Source: Trichoplax sp. H2 (lineage: Eukaryota). Taken from it: a stretch of DNA of 64,000 bases. This document shows positions 49,209 through 62,844 of this stretch, piece by piece. The stretch is from contig NOWV01000031.1 in assembly GCA_003344405.1 (NCBI GenBank), forward strand, positions 310,001 through 374,000. The letters are read 5' to 3'. The stretch's first letter is position 1. Every line of letters begins with the position of its first letter. Position numbers and translations under genes: made by a program. The notes beneath the pieces are model-generated. The model was not told the origin of the DNA. It did no database searches and saw only the letters and a list, made by a program, of their open reading frames with translations.

Positions 49209-51370
49209 ATGTATTCGATCTTAGCTCGAATTCGCGATTTCATCTTTTCTCAAAGTGCATCTCGCAACTTGGGCTTGCTGGTTATTGGCATCATCGTGCT
49301 AAGACGGCTGTATAAACGACTCAATGCTAAATCGAAACGGCATTTGCGTGGAAAAGTGGTATGGATTACAGGTGCAAGTTCCGGAATCGGTGAAGGTAAG
49401 TCTTATTTCGTTTATGGCCACTCTCCAGTAGTCTTAAGTAGAAAGGCTTGTGGTTATAGCTGCAAGATGGCAGTTTCCTTTTGTAATAAAAGTATTTTCT
49501 CTCCTAAAAATGATATCCTATACTCGTGCACTTCTCCTACTGCATACAAATACGGCTGTTACGCCTGCAGAGATTAGTTTACGAATGATTGCAGTTCATA
49601 AAACAGCGTTTACTTTGAAAACTTTTACTACCGTAGTAATGGCTGATTAGGAGTGGAAAAAGAATTTATTTTCATGAGCGAGAATATCTCCTTATAGACA
49701 GTAATCATCTCCAATTTCATTAGCGCTCAAACAACTGTTAGCTTGAGGTAAAATAATGCTTTCAGTTACGCTTTTCTTGTCGCAATTTGGCATCAACGTC
49801 AAAGCAAATGGAATAACATCTAGATTATAACTGTAATCCCAATAGCTAAAAACACCATTTCAGAGTACGAATACGAACATATTTCCAACAATTTTGCACA
49901 GTAAACATCAGTTAACCAGTTTATTGTTATACCTAGATCGAAAGCTAGCTAAGATGTAACTTTACAAGCACTAAATTGTTTATGTCACCGTGATAAGCAG
50001 TACTCTAATTTTATAACGGCTCGTGCATATTACTAGACTGCTTAGCTAGTACTGTACTTCCGAAATAGCTGTACAGTATCTCTCATCAAATCAACCTCTT
50101 CATTTTAATGTAGCATGTGCTAAAGAATACTTTGCCAATGGCGCCAAAGTGATCATGAGTAGTAGAAATTATCAATCTTTACTAAAGGTCAGAGATGCTA
50201 TGGTCGCTGGAAAAGATATCGATGCAGAATGTATGCCTCAAATTCTTCCATTAGACCTTAGCAAAACGGATCAACTGGAAGATATCGTTGAAAAGGCATG
50301 GTCTATACATGGTGTGATAGACATCCTTGTTAATAATGCCGGGGTAAGTAATCGTGGCTCAGTAGCAGATTCAAAAATGGATGTATATCGGCATATAATG
50401 GAAGTCAATTTCTTCGCTCCTCTAATCCTTGTTAAAGGTAAGTGATTCTGCAGACATGGCCGTGAATATGTGTACTGGAGCAACGTACCAGTAATAAGAT
50501 TAAAAAAAAATTCGTGTAGTTGATATTTCTTTAATTTTGCGTACCTACATTGAATCAAAATAGGTAGTATTCCAGTTACAGTATATGCAATAGTGTACTT
50601 GGTCAGTGACTTATTTTATTTATGTAACTCAGCCATACTGCCAAAGATGACTCAACGAAAAGATGGACAAATAATATTTGTTAGTTCAGTTCAGGGGAAA
50701 ATGGCCATTCCTTATCGATCAGCATGTAAGTTAATTAAAAAAATCAAACTTATTTTAGCCATCATCATTTCATGCTACCCAATTTTATACTACAACAAAC
50801 TGCAACTCTGCTAGCTGCATTGCTCTCTGCACAGTATAGGATATCTCTTTTGGATAATATACACCTATTGATGATGATATTTTCGTAGATGCTGCATCAA
50901 AACATGCTTGTCAAGCACTTTGTGATAGCTTACGTGCTGAAGTTGCTCAGCATAACATTAAAGTATTTATTGTAAGTCCTGGATACGTACGCACCAACTT
51001 ATCTCTCAATGCATTGGCTACTGATGGATCTAAACATGGAGGTAATGTCTTGCATTACAAATCAGTTGTTGTTAAATTGCTATTGAACTGCAAAATCTTT
51101 TCTATTCTACCATTTTATCTGATCCCCAACGATAATGGTACCTTTTGACATAATTCAATATCAATTGCTTGGTTAGTGATGGATAAAAACACAGCTCAAG
51201 GGATGGCACCAGAGCAATTTGCTTCATTATTGGTTGACTATGCGGTCAACGAGGAACAGGACGTCGTAATATGTCCTGCTATTCCCAAGGCAGCCATATT
51301 TGCAAAGTATAATATTCCCAACTTATATTTTTGGATAATGCGTCTTAGGGCCAATAAAAATAGCGAATAA
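49209..51370 (+). CDS. DHRS7B: Dehydrogenase/reductase SDR family member 7B-like (~316 aa)
   Basis: Exons 49209-49395, 50114-50437, 50633-50725, 50889-51041 and 51177-51370. Motifs [22 protein letters not shown], catalytic YAASK and [14 protein letters not shown]. Confidence 0.9.
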
Positions 51371-52420
51371 AACTGTTAAATAGTTATAGTACAAGTAATT
51401 GCTGAATCATAGAATGATTCTTTGATTAACGTTAACGTTATGATTGCTTTTAGGTTGAAGTTTAATTGTAGATGTCAGTTTTTATTTACTTCACAAAATG
51501 CAACTCTAAATATACGTAGAAGCTTGATGTAATCTGAAGTTAATTTATAGGTATAAGAAACCTCTCCGTCTGTACAATAGTAGTTTTATTCCCAAGATCT
51601 GGGATATAGTTTATGTTGGGATTAGATATAGGAATGAACAACTATTGGTAGCGTATTACTAGTATGCTCAATGAATAATAAATTGATTAGCTAGAATTAA
51701 ATAGTTCTGGTGAATTAACCTAGGAGTCATCATAAATCTGGAAAGACGATGCTAACACTAATCCCCATCACTTATAACAGTAGTAGGCCTTTCGTCTGCA
51801 GAGTAAGAAAGGTGCCAGACCATTTGTGTTCTTCAGATCGTATCCTTGACCAAACGCAAAGACATAACAGTTTCTGGATAATGCATCTTTGGACACATGA
51901 TGTAACATGCAATAAGCTGTGCTCACAGATTTCTCTACAGCCTTTTACGTGGCAAATATCTGCAATAAAGAAATGACAATATACTGTACAACATGATCTA
52001 TGAGAAAATTTCCATCTTTGCGCGTTTCTTTTGTCGTAAAGAAGATTTATTATATGAATAAAGTGCGATACATTTTAGAATTTATTGTATGGAATATATA
52101 GTTTTCAAATTTTTGCTGTAATACTGCAGATACTACTTGCGGTGTCAAAATATAGCATGATGCAAGATCTTCCTTCATTCAAAGTGAAACATCATTTTAT
52201 AGTTTATCATTAATAATTAATTACAATTAGAAATTTGCAGTAATGTGTATGTATGCACAAAATGAGCGTTACATAAATTGTACAAATTATTTATTGCTAA
52301 AGACTGCATTAAACCATAATAAGACGTTTAAAGCTAACAGTAATATCCTGTATAAAAAATTTCTGATCCGTTACATGTCAACTGTTAGGATTACAAAGGA
52401 TAAAGTTCATTTTCATAAGA

Positions 52421-54023
52421 TCAAGCTCTTAGCCATTTATATAACGTCAAGGCACAGTAGCATGCTGATGCAATTGCAAAGAAATTTTGTAATTTTTTTC
52501 TATACGAATCATCTTTTCGCACTAAAATGACAGGCGAGGATGAAGTTAAATTAGGTAAAGCCAATTTGGCCAATTTTAAAGGATCACGTTCCAATTGATA
52601 TTTACAACATGGATCAAATTGCCATGATAAACCATAGATTGAAGCTGAAGTTACACTAACAGCACCCGACGAAAAGCTAAGCACTTTCCAACTTGTAGGC
52701 AAGAAAAGAGGGCTAAATAAGCAGCCAATTCCAGCTATGACTGCAGTTTTATGTAGGCAATTACCAACTGTTATCCAACGTGATGTCTCATCGCCAATAC
52801 TGGCTGGCTCGATAACGATGACATCATAACGAGCTTCTAGTGCATTTTCTAGATCTAGTTCGAATTGTTCATGTGAATTTTCTGAATCATAAATCTCTCG
52901 AATAATGGCGCAGCTTGGCGAATCATTCAACTCGCTATATAGAAACAGTAAGAAATAGTTTTATGAATTTTAAAATGTAATTTAAGATGTTTTTTTCCAT
53001 TGCATCGATGGAAGCAAATAAAAATGATTACATATGACTAAGCACACTGTCATCAATCGTCTACGGCAATAGTTTTAGTTTAAGAGGAGCAAAGCGATGA
53101 GATGATGTATGAATCAGTGACAGACTTGTACAGTATGTTAGAGTCGATATCTGTACAGTCAATAAATAGGATAGCACTGTAGATTATGTTCATAAGATTA
53201 ATAACTTATATCGGTCAGTTTAGCAATCTGATGGCCACATTCATATCGGACTCATGTTAATGAAATTGTACATCTACATTCCAAGTTGTTGTACTGAGCT
53301 AGTATTGAGCGATCGATTATCTTTCAATTACAACATCGATCGTCCTGCTTCATACTTTGTATCACTTGCAAGACCTTCCATTCTACGAGTCTAAACCTTT
53401 CAATAAAGGTCAAACTCTTCCATCTGTATCCTATTTTATACATTCTAATGCAGAGTATCTATTTTTTTAGTAATCTAATGGATACATAAAATGTCATATT
53501 CGTCATAGCATTGTAGGGCTATACGAAATATGTATTACGAGTTGTTCTACTCCTATCAGGTTGAGGGTGATGACTGTATTTATTTTCAAGCGATCGACAT
53601 TGCATAGGCATAAAACCTAATAAGGACGAATTTAAAATCTCCTGTATGTTGTGTATAATAATGCAGACCTATGCGTGATGACTGTATTTATTTTCAAGCG
53701 ATCGACACTGCATCGGCATAAAACCTAATAAGGACGAATTTAAAATCTCCTATATCTTGTGTACAAGAGTGCAGCCCTATGCACTCCTGGCTACAATCCA
53801 TCAACGTAGAAAACTGAAAATGTACATGATGCATGAAGAGTTCTTGATCGCAGCTGTAGCCATTCACAACAACCACCGCATTCTTTACATCGTCAAGAAT
53901 AAGTCGACAAGGTGTCTTTCCTCATCATGACTTTAACATGATAATATCAGTTTAACATAGAGACGAAGAAATGCATTATAATGATATCCACTATCACTAG
54001 ACAACTTACCTCAAGTCCTCCAT
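52421..54023 (-). CDS. TMEM11: Transmembrane protein 11, mitochondrial (~175 aa)
   Basis: Exon 1 54010-54023 (MEDLS) plus exon 2 52421-52934. Motifs IIREIYD..EQFELDLENALEA..VIEP..IGDETSRWITVGNCLHKTAV..SWQFDPCCKYQ..VILVRKDD. Confidence 0.95.
53567..53751. repeat. ~108-bp-period direct repeat x2 in the TMEM11 intron
   Basis: GTGATGACTGTATTTATTTTCAAGCGATCGACA...AAAATCTCCT occurs twice. Confidence 0.9.
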
Positions 54024-54959
54024 CAAGGATGATCGAAGAAGAAGTCGACGAGTAAATCGATTTAATGTTCAGTAACTGATGATGATGATGGATATGGCCA
54101 ACGGCTCGTCCGATTTAAATGTCTTTACCCGGAAAGCGTAGGGTAGTCTACCGTAAACGAGGTAACATTACTAGGTACTAACGTAATTGGTGCTCTCCGT
54201 CGAGTCTAGTACTATAGTGTTTCCATGATTCCACGTACTGTATGGGGGAATCTTTCAGCAATCCCCTCCGAACATCCGATTTTAGGGCGAGTTTTGAATT
54301 GAACGCATGCGCACGAGTAAGTCTTATTGTAGAACAGTTCATGTAGAGGCTTCAGGAATATCGTATTACTCTGTGTAAAATAAGTGTCATTGAAAGTCTT
54401 GGTGTTGCAGTCCAAATAGCGTATCACTTACGACATTAATTTTACTTGGGTGTATTATACCCAATTATAGATAGGCTGCTGTTTTACTCATGACGTATTT
54501 TGGTAGTGGTCCATGGCATTCCATGCAATACCCTGCTGTTTTAACTATGTAGGAATAGCCTAGCATAGACTGAGAAAGTAGTGTTAACCTCCCATTTGGG
54601 TATGGTGGTTCTTGTTCCCTATGCAAACGGCATAGCAAGAATGTGCAAGTTGAACTGTGTAGTACGGTACCTTTCCACACTGTTGCATGGCGTAGATCGA
54701 TGGGGAATTCGGGATGCAGTGTACCTACTGTCGATACGCCAATTTTACCCCGAGATCCGGTAACCGGTAAGAAAGAAAGCCTCATGCAGTGCCATACCAC
54801 GTTACCAGTGACTGGAAATCTTTCAGAGCAATCAATTCATTATTATCAACATATCAACATGAAGAAAATGGGCTATTTTGATAGCATGATGAACACAGTC
54901 AATTATTTACGGACACTCTCCTCCTATGCTAGCGTTGAGCTGGTGCTGGTCGCTGTAGC

Positions 54960-55700
54960 CCGGTACAGTACCGGAGAGTTACAATGACGTCACATGATGC
55001 TATGGCTGTACAGTGTCCAGTGTACAGTACAGCTGGACAAAAAGATTGTACAGTACAGTACAGTACGGTACAGTACTGTACTGTGCGCTACAGTACAAGT
55101 AGTCTGACAGTACAGTATTCCCCCCAAAGTACTGTACAGTATTATCGAAGACTGACTGAACGACCAGTACTGTACCGTACCGTACTGGTCCTGTGCTGCA
55201 TAATGGGTGACTATACAGTTGTACACTGTACACTGAGTACAGAATGTCCATGTACTGTACATGACGTCAGCGATTGAACAAAGAAGGAAAGAATGGTTGA
55301 CTGACTGACTGACTGACCGACTGATGTCATTCTGCACCTGATACAGTACAGTACTGTAGAAGTGTAGTGGAGGCAGTTGGAGGAAAAGAAGGAACTGTAC
55401 AGTAGTACAGTACACTGTAGTCCATCTTCGATACTGTACACTGTGTACCGTACTGTATCGAAGATTGACTGGACGACTAGTAATGCACCAATACCGTACC
55501 GGTCCATACCGTACCGGTCCACGCTACATAATCGATGACGTCAGCGATTGAAAAAAGACAAGAAGCGGTGACTGACTGACTGACTGACTGACCGACGGAT
55601 GCCCTACACCGTCAACCATAGTAGACTGCTAGAGGAGGAGGAGGAGGAGAACCAACTGTAGAACCGTAGAGAAAGCAGTTGGAGGAAAAAGAAGCAAGTT
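54960..55700. promoter_or_regulatory. Putative bidirectional promoter of TMEM11/TOM1L2 with GTAC-pentamer tracts, (GACT)n, (GAG)n and three TGACGTCA sites
   Basis: Lies between divergent ATGs at 54023 (-) and 55821 (+). TGACGTCA at 54985, 55262 and 55536. Dense CAGTA/TACTG/GTACC repeats. Confidence 0.6.
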
Positions 55701-55820
55701 GCAAGCGTGAACATCAGGATCAATTCTCCATTTCAAGCACAGCCATCACTAGAATACAAGCGTTCAAATACAGTGCAGTTAGCACCAAGTAGTGCATGCT
55801 CAAGTAATCGCAGGAAAAAG

Positions 55821-58800
55821 ATGGAATCACTCTTTGGAACCAATCCGTTGTCGACACCGATCGGTCGCAAGATTGGTATGTATTGATGGAGATTTGTCTA
55901 TAGGATAGCATGGATCAGGGATGATGTTGAGGATAGCGTATAGGCAGTAAGGTCTGATTTGAGGTAGAGGAGTGTTGTTGTCAAGACGCTGCCTTAGCAG
56001 TCGGTTACCCTTCCATCTTGCTGACCTCTTTCACCATAGTAGGTATATGTATTTTTACTACTGTACCATACACAATACTATCGGGTGGAAATCAACCACC
56101 ACCATCATGACCTCTATTGGACATAGCAGAAGATGGCGCCGCTTAATTTAGTAACTACTCTTATCCACTAGTTGCAGGCCTATTTGCCATCGATTCACTT
56201 GATTGAGAAGGCTACAGTCCAATTGGACAGATCATCTACTCTTGAACAACGTTCGAGTGGATGTCCATGGTGTAGCAACACATAGATGACCCACAGTCTG
56301 ATTCCGACATACCGTTCTACAACTTGCCAATCCATTGGGTTCATCCTTGAACTCCAATGGAAAACCAATCCAACGATAGAAAGTCAAATCGCATCATCAT
56401 TCTCCTTTTCTTTTGCCATCGTCATGATTGACAATCATGGAACGACTGAAAAGGAACCCTTATGCATTCAAGCTATCTTAGAACAACATTGACGACCATC
56501 ATTCAAATGGCGTAGAAGAAGAAGGGATAGGACAGGATGGATAGCGTCTGTTGTCGATGGACAAACAATGCTAAACTTTCAAGAAGGCAAATCCATCTTA
56601 CCCTTCTTAACAAGCCAAATGAAAGGACAACATCAACTTGAGTCTATCCTAAGCATGCCAGGATACAATCATGATGATTAGAAATTGGTTCTATCCTGCT
56701 AGAATGTTTTAAATGAGACAACAATGGTTTTAATGGATCAGCGTCATTGTTGTTTGTACCATTGCCGTGAACTTTTACCGATATGCAACATCACAAGATC
56801 CATGTCTAGTGCAATTTTCATCTCTCTTATTGATTCCTAGACTTTCCTTCACCTTACTCAATCATGGAAACGATTGCACTACCATTGAAGGAATACCAGA
56901 GAAACAATTGCTAGTAACAACATTACAGCTAACCTCCAAAAGTTTGTCAGTGATTAAATTAAATAAGCATGTAGTTAGCCTTGGACATCATCCCACAGCA
57001 TGGAGTCGAATTCGTTATCTCATCTTAATAAAAAATGGTTTGTTAGTCAATAGGATGACTGACTTAACAGATCTGTCTCCATATCAGAAAGTAGCCAGTA
57101 TCACCTTGATCAATCCTTGCACTACTGTGACCAGACCAGTTTGGATGTAGTAAAAGTAGTCATGATGCATTTTTCTCCTGGCCTCTACCGGTAAAAATAT
57201 CCGTCAATAAGAGTATCTTTCCATCCCACTTCTCTATTGACTTGACATTTTCTATAGTAAATCCATCAACTCCATGATGGATAAATACATCACGTCATCG
57301 TTTCCCATCCATATCGTCAATATGGTTACTTGTCTGTCTCTATAAAAGTTGATAGTAAACTATATGAAAAGTCGATCAATCATCTAATCGATCCTTTCGA
57401 TACTTCACGTCGGATAATTGCAGTTTTACCATAATAAGAACGCCTTCACCATATCCATATTAATCAAACACCATTCGCTAACGCTCATACGTGTCAGAAA
57501 AAAAAAAATCACCGCTAATGCAATCAAAATACCCAACTTGATAGAATGATATTCCATCTTTAGATAGGAATCTTATTACCCAACGGACGGACACACTGCA
57601 AACAAATGCTCCAATTTCTTGATGCAGTCCGATCAATCCTTTGCGCTATATTAAATGTTAATGAATTAACAAAATCATGCTTACTCTGAATGCATGTGTA
57701 ATTGAGCAATGTTATCATCCATTTTTTGGAATAGAGCGTGCAACCGATGACAAATTATCAGAAATCGATTGGGCCTTGAATATGGAAATTTGTGATATGA
57801 TTAATACATCTGAAGATGGGTAAGTATTTGTATATTTAGCGTGGTATCCTTTGATGTTTACTGAATGTTCAAACTGTTTACAAATCCTATAAAATTGCTC
57901 ATCAAATAGTCTATGCTGAGTCGAAACAGTGATGTACTTACTTTGAGGAAATGCTCGTTTGCAGAAAATATCTTGTAGTAAAGTAGAAATCTTATTTCTA
58001 CTTCCTCTTAATTTAATCGTCTGAAATAATCGGAGAACATTTATTTATCGGATCTAAACCTGCATTCTGCCAGATATCATCGATCCGCTGGCCCTGTTCT
58101 CCAAGTAGCCACATAGTTTCTAGTTATATCCTTTAAAGTGACAAGGTGCCACTTTTTTTTATTCATTGATGATATATTCCTACACAAATTGTAACGAAAT
58201 TGATTGTATTCTGGTCAGATATTCACACTGTACATGTAGGTACATTAAGTGGCTGAAAAAAGTGTCGTTCAATCATAAATAACATATTTTGTCAATTTTT
58301 TACCCAATACAGTGCATTATCACTGTCATGCAATTTAATTTAGTATGTTATGAAAACCAATCTTTGAATTATCTTTCTACCAATTTGTAAAATAGATTTT
58401 GCGGTAATTGTATCATTTGATGATAGAATTTTTCAAATCCGATTCATTTCATTTCGGTATCATATCTGCCTATCAAACACCTAGCGTTACATCAAGCGTT
58501 AATTTTTGTCAATCAATGACCAATAAAATCGTCCTTCGATAGTGCTCATAAATGATATACTAGACGTGTAACTCATGCAAGCTCTACGTTTCGCAGTCAG
58601 TTCGACTATAAATATAGAGATAATATGCACACTTTTCTCGTACATTAAGTCACCTTTAGACTTGCCTCTTCGTAGCTTCTTTTTTATGACTACGTGCAAT
58701 TAAATTGAAATGCTCATTTATAGTGTTGCTACATTAATAGGTTCATTTTAGCTATAAGCTATCAACAGCATCTTCAATTGAGTATCTTGACCTCGCGATA

Positions 58801-61800
58801 TGACATAATATCTTATTCATCTAAAATGTTACTCTATCTACCTATTATGATTGTTTATAGGCCACGTAATGCTATGAAAGCCGTTCGGAGGAGATTATCA
58901 AACTATAAAGCTAGCCAACAAATTATGCATTCATTAACTCTATTAGAAACTTGTGTCAAAAATTGTGGTCAACGCTTTCACCTTGTTGTAGCTCAGAAAG
59001 AATTTGTTGCCGAATTAAATAAGATGGTGCAAGCTAGGGTATGATTCTTTTTGACTGTTATCATTTGGAATCAAGTAATGGTTGCATATTTCCTAAAATA
59101 GACCAATAATAAATGCCTACATTTAATTTAATACCTACATTGTGATTGTTATCGTAGGGTCAGCTATCAACCGTTGTAATTGATAGACTTCTTGGTTTAA
59201 TACAATCATGGGCTGATGCCTTTCAAGGACAACCTAGTCTTAATGCTATTGTCCATTTACGTGATACTCTACTTAAGCACGGTAAGTTGCATGGTATTTG
59301 TTGGACAAAATTATCCCTTTAGATAAAGTAAAGAGAAGCGCACGATACAGCATCGAATTATTGAAAAACTCTAGCAATTGCTAATACGAGTATATCAAAC
59401 CTTCCAATTGCACCACTCTAATAATTCTAAACTTGCTACTTTTAATAGGTGTTGAATTTCCAGCTCAAGACCTGGACTCGATGTCACCAATCTATACGCC
59501 TGAAAGAGTATGTTATTACCGTGTTATTTGCTTACAAATGATAAATAATAATTCAACTATAATAGCGTAGATTTATTCCGTAATGGAATATGCACCAGAA
59601 TGATCGTACATTTTAAAATTTAAAATACTGCCACAATAAATAATACATTGCATATACGCTCTTAATGAATAGTCTGTGCCTGAGAGACCACCACAACCGC
59701 AACTACAACCGCAACTACAACCACAACTACAACCACAATTACCATACGCAAGCCCAACCGTAAATCCTCATGATGTAAGGAAATATCATCCTTATCTGTC
59801 TTCTGTTTACATACCCATTCAGAAAATTATAAATTCCACTGTACAATATTAACATGTTTTGATCTAATTACAAAGGTTGGTATCCCAGCTGAACCGATCA
59901 ACCCGAACCCTGAACAACTTGCTAAACTGCGTCATGAATTAGATATTGTGTCCGGAAATATGGAAGTTATGAATGAAATGATGACCGAGTTATCAGAATC
60001 ACGCCCCAATGAATCAGATTTAACACTCCTCAACGTGAGTAACCACTTATTCGACATAAAGTTGACATGGGTATGTTAAAATGTGAATGTCTTACCAACC
60101 TAGGAATTGAATGCCACATGCCGAGAAATGCAGACACGAGTCATGGACTTAGTTGTTCGAGTTTCAAACGAAGAATTAACTTGTTAGTGCTAAAACCCAT
60201 AATTCATATCTACGTCTGTTTTAAACATGACATTCAGTAAATTATCGCTATTTGTTTCTAGCGGTCCTATTAAAAGCTAATGATGACCTAAATAATGCCT
60301 TCGTAAGATATGACCGCTTCCAACGCCAGCAATCTACCATGGCAACTTCGCAGCAAGCACAACACGTATCAGTAAGTAGCAATCGCATTCTATTTATCAA
60401 ATTATTCTAACCGAAACCTAATTATTCGCATATACGTACAGCAGCAGCTGGAACCTGTGTCACCAGCAGAAAACGTAGCTGCTACGGAGTAAGTTGTACA
60501 ACTGCAATGGCCAAAGAGATAGTCTAAACACGTACTTAATTGGATAACCTTTGAATGCAATAGTAACCGGTGGCGTCACAGCCAGTTGTTTTAATCGATT
60601 TCATTGGTTCTTTCACTTTCTATTTTTAAACCTTAAAGGCAACCGCAATCCGACTTGCTGATCGATTTTAGTGAAGCAGGATCCACTGCGGCAGCTGCAC
60701 CAACTAATACAACTAACCCTGCGTTTCCGGATGTTTCATCGCAATTATCGTCTTTATGTACGAAAATATTAGTTATATATAGATAGACGCTATTATAGTG
60801 CTATGTATGGTATTGATTGCTGATGTCTTAGCTAACAATAAAATCTGATCTCTTTATGCCTTTTATTTACTGTTAAAGCTCTTACCTCTACTGGCCCTAA
60901 TCAGCCTGCTCCAGTTCCGGCTCCTCAACCACAATTGGCACCAATAACGGCTGATTTGCCTTCATATAACATTGCTATTTCTAATCCTACAGCTAGCCCA
61001 ATTGGGGGTGGTTCAGTACTGCCTCCGATCAATCCAGCACAATTGCCAGTGAATACTCAAGTCAACCAGCAAGATCGTAGCCAAGCTTTGGCATCATTTG
61101 CAAATACTAAATCATCATCATCAGAGTTAGCAAACTTTAATCAATTCTAGTGAAACACGTATAAATGGATATCCTTTAATTAGATCGTGTTAGACCGACA
61201 TCATCTTTTTATCTAATTGTATAGCACTTCGTATTCTTACCTTTCGGAAATGAGTTCTAAGCCTATGTCTGATTCTCTTGCGTTTGCAATGAACAGCAAG
61301 AATCCAAATGTAGACAATACTCCAAAACAGGTAACATTTGTTGTGTTAACTGTAAGATAAATCTTGATACACTTTCTATAGTACAAAAGAGGCGACTGTA
61401 TGCTACTGTGTACGTAATAATGCTGCTTACTTCTAATCCTACTATAGGTTGCAAATTACGGTTTGACTACGTACGTGAACTTATCTCGCTATGTATCCAC
61501 CCTAATGGATTACTTATTTCGTAACTTTAGTTTCTATGTCTTATTTAAATAGGAATGCTGAAATTCCCTCAGAACTGGATGATTGGCTAAAGGCGACACA
61601 TAATAATGTACAATCGATGAATTGTCATGTTTTAATATTTTGATGTTATGCTAGACCTATTCTTATTGGTGCAAATTGGTTACTAACAATTTTTTAGGAA
61701 AGTAAACCAGCAGCCAATCCAACACCCGCCGCAACCGGGCAAGCTTCACAACCAGTTTCCAGCTCCGGTAAGGGTATAACACGAATAAATCCTGCTTAGT

Positions 61801-62017
61801 ATCTAATTATTCATTTAAAAGTGGATTAATTGGTATTTTATGCTGTTCAATTTCAGAGTTTGATAAATTTTTAGCGAGTAGAGTAGCCAACGTTCGGCAG
61901 CAGCCAGTTGCTGGTGAACCTACCGCTTCTGAAACCAATCCTTCCTCTAACTCACCTCCTAAGCCTAAGCGTCAAATGCAGATGGCGGAAGCTGACAGCG
62001 GATTGTTTGGACTTTGA
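55821..62017 (+). CDS. TOM1L2: TOM1/TOM1L2 family VHS-GAT endosomal adaptor, multi-exon
   Basis: Exon 1 55821-55875 [18 protein letters not shown]; exon 2 57735-57819 ERATD...[32 protein letters not shown] and [23 protein letters not shown] and [15 protein letters not shown]-terminal ELDDWL, EFDKFL and ..LFGL* (stop 62015-62017). Confidence 0.92.
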
Positions 62018-62844
62018 AAGATTAAATAGCCATTATATTATGATAATTATGTTTTTAGTATTAAATGCTTTTGGAATTATTGTAACAATATCCTGCCGTA
62101 CATACAGTCATCAACCACCAATCCGGCATCTGATCCATAGCTTAAACATTCTGATTTATATGTATGCTACGGATATGCTAGTTTGTGCTGACTACCTGAC
62201 AAGTCTTACATCTCAGTCCGTGAATTTGGTAAAAGAAGATTATACATAATTCAGCTCGATGTTCACCCTTTCATAATTAAGCACATGGTATATCCTTAAT
62301 AAACTCTGTTTTAATAGAAACTGTACGTTTGATAATTATAATATAAGTGTTTCTCAGATAGTATACTAGTATGTACTCAATGAAAGTCTTAACTGCTAAT
62401 ATTGTTTAGTAATTGTGTTTTAAGTTACAAAAAACTTCGTTATCGCACTGACTCTTTCTTGTTCAGATTGCGTCACTGCTAGTGTAAGTAGCGCCAACGT
62501 TTACGAGTATTTTCATCTGTAGAAATCCATTCGTGTTATTGTTTTATTATTACACGCCTACATCAGTTGGCGCCAATATTCATTTCCAAAGTCGTAATGT
62601 CTTATAATTTTAATTAACAAAAAATTATGTTATATCCTAGTTGTAGCTGTAACATTAAAACTCTTAGTGGTACACCAAATAGTAAGATAAAAAGTTTGGT
62701 AATTTATTGCAATAAATGCAATGCATACCTTCACTATGATATAACCTTGGCATAGAATTTTGAAAATGGATACTTAATAGTCAATAAAAAGCTCTATTAT
62801 ATCGCGAATAAGATCGTATCATTCTTAAACAAAAGTTTTTAACT

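Noticed and set aside
54984..55522. Overlapping Tyr/Cys/Thr/Val-rich ORFs
   Set aside because: Translations of the low-complexity pentamer repeat.
56133..56170. ATGGCG as TOM1L2 start codon
   Set aside because: Stops after 12 codons. The conserved N-terminus is at 55821, so this lies in intron 1 (at most a YY1-like AAGATGGCG motif).
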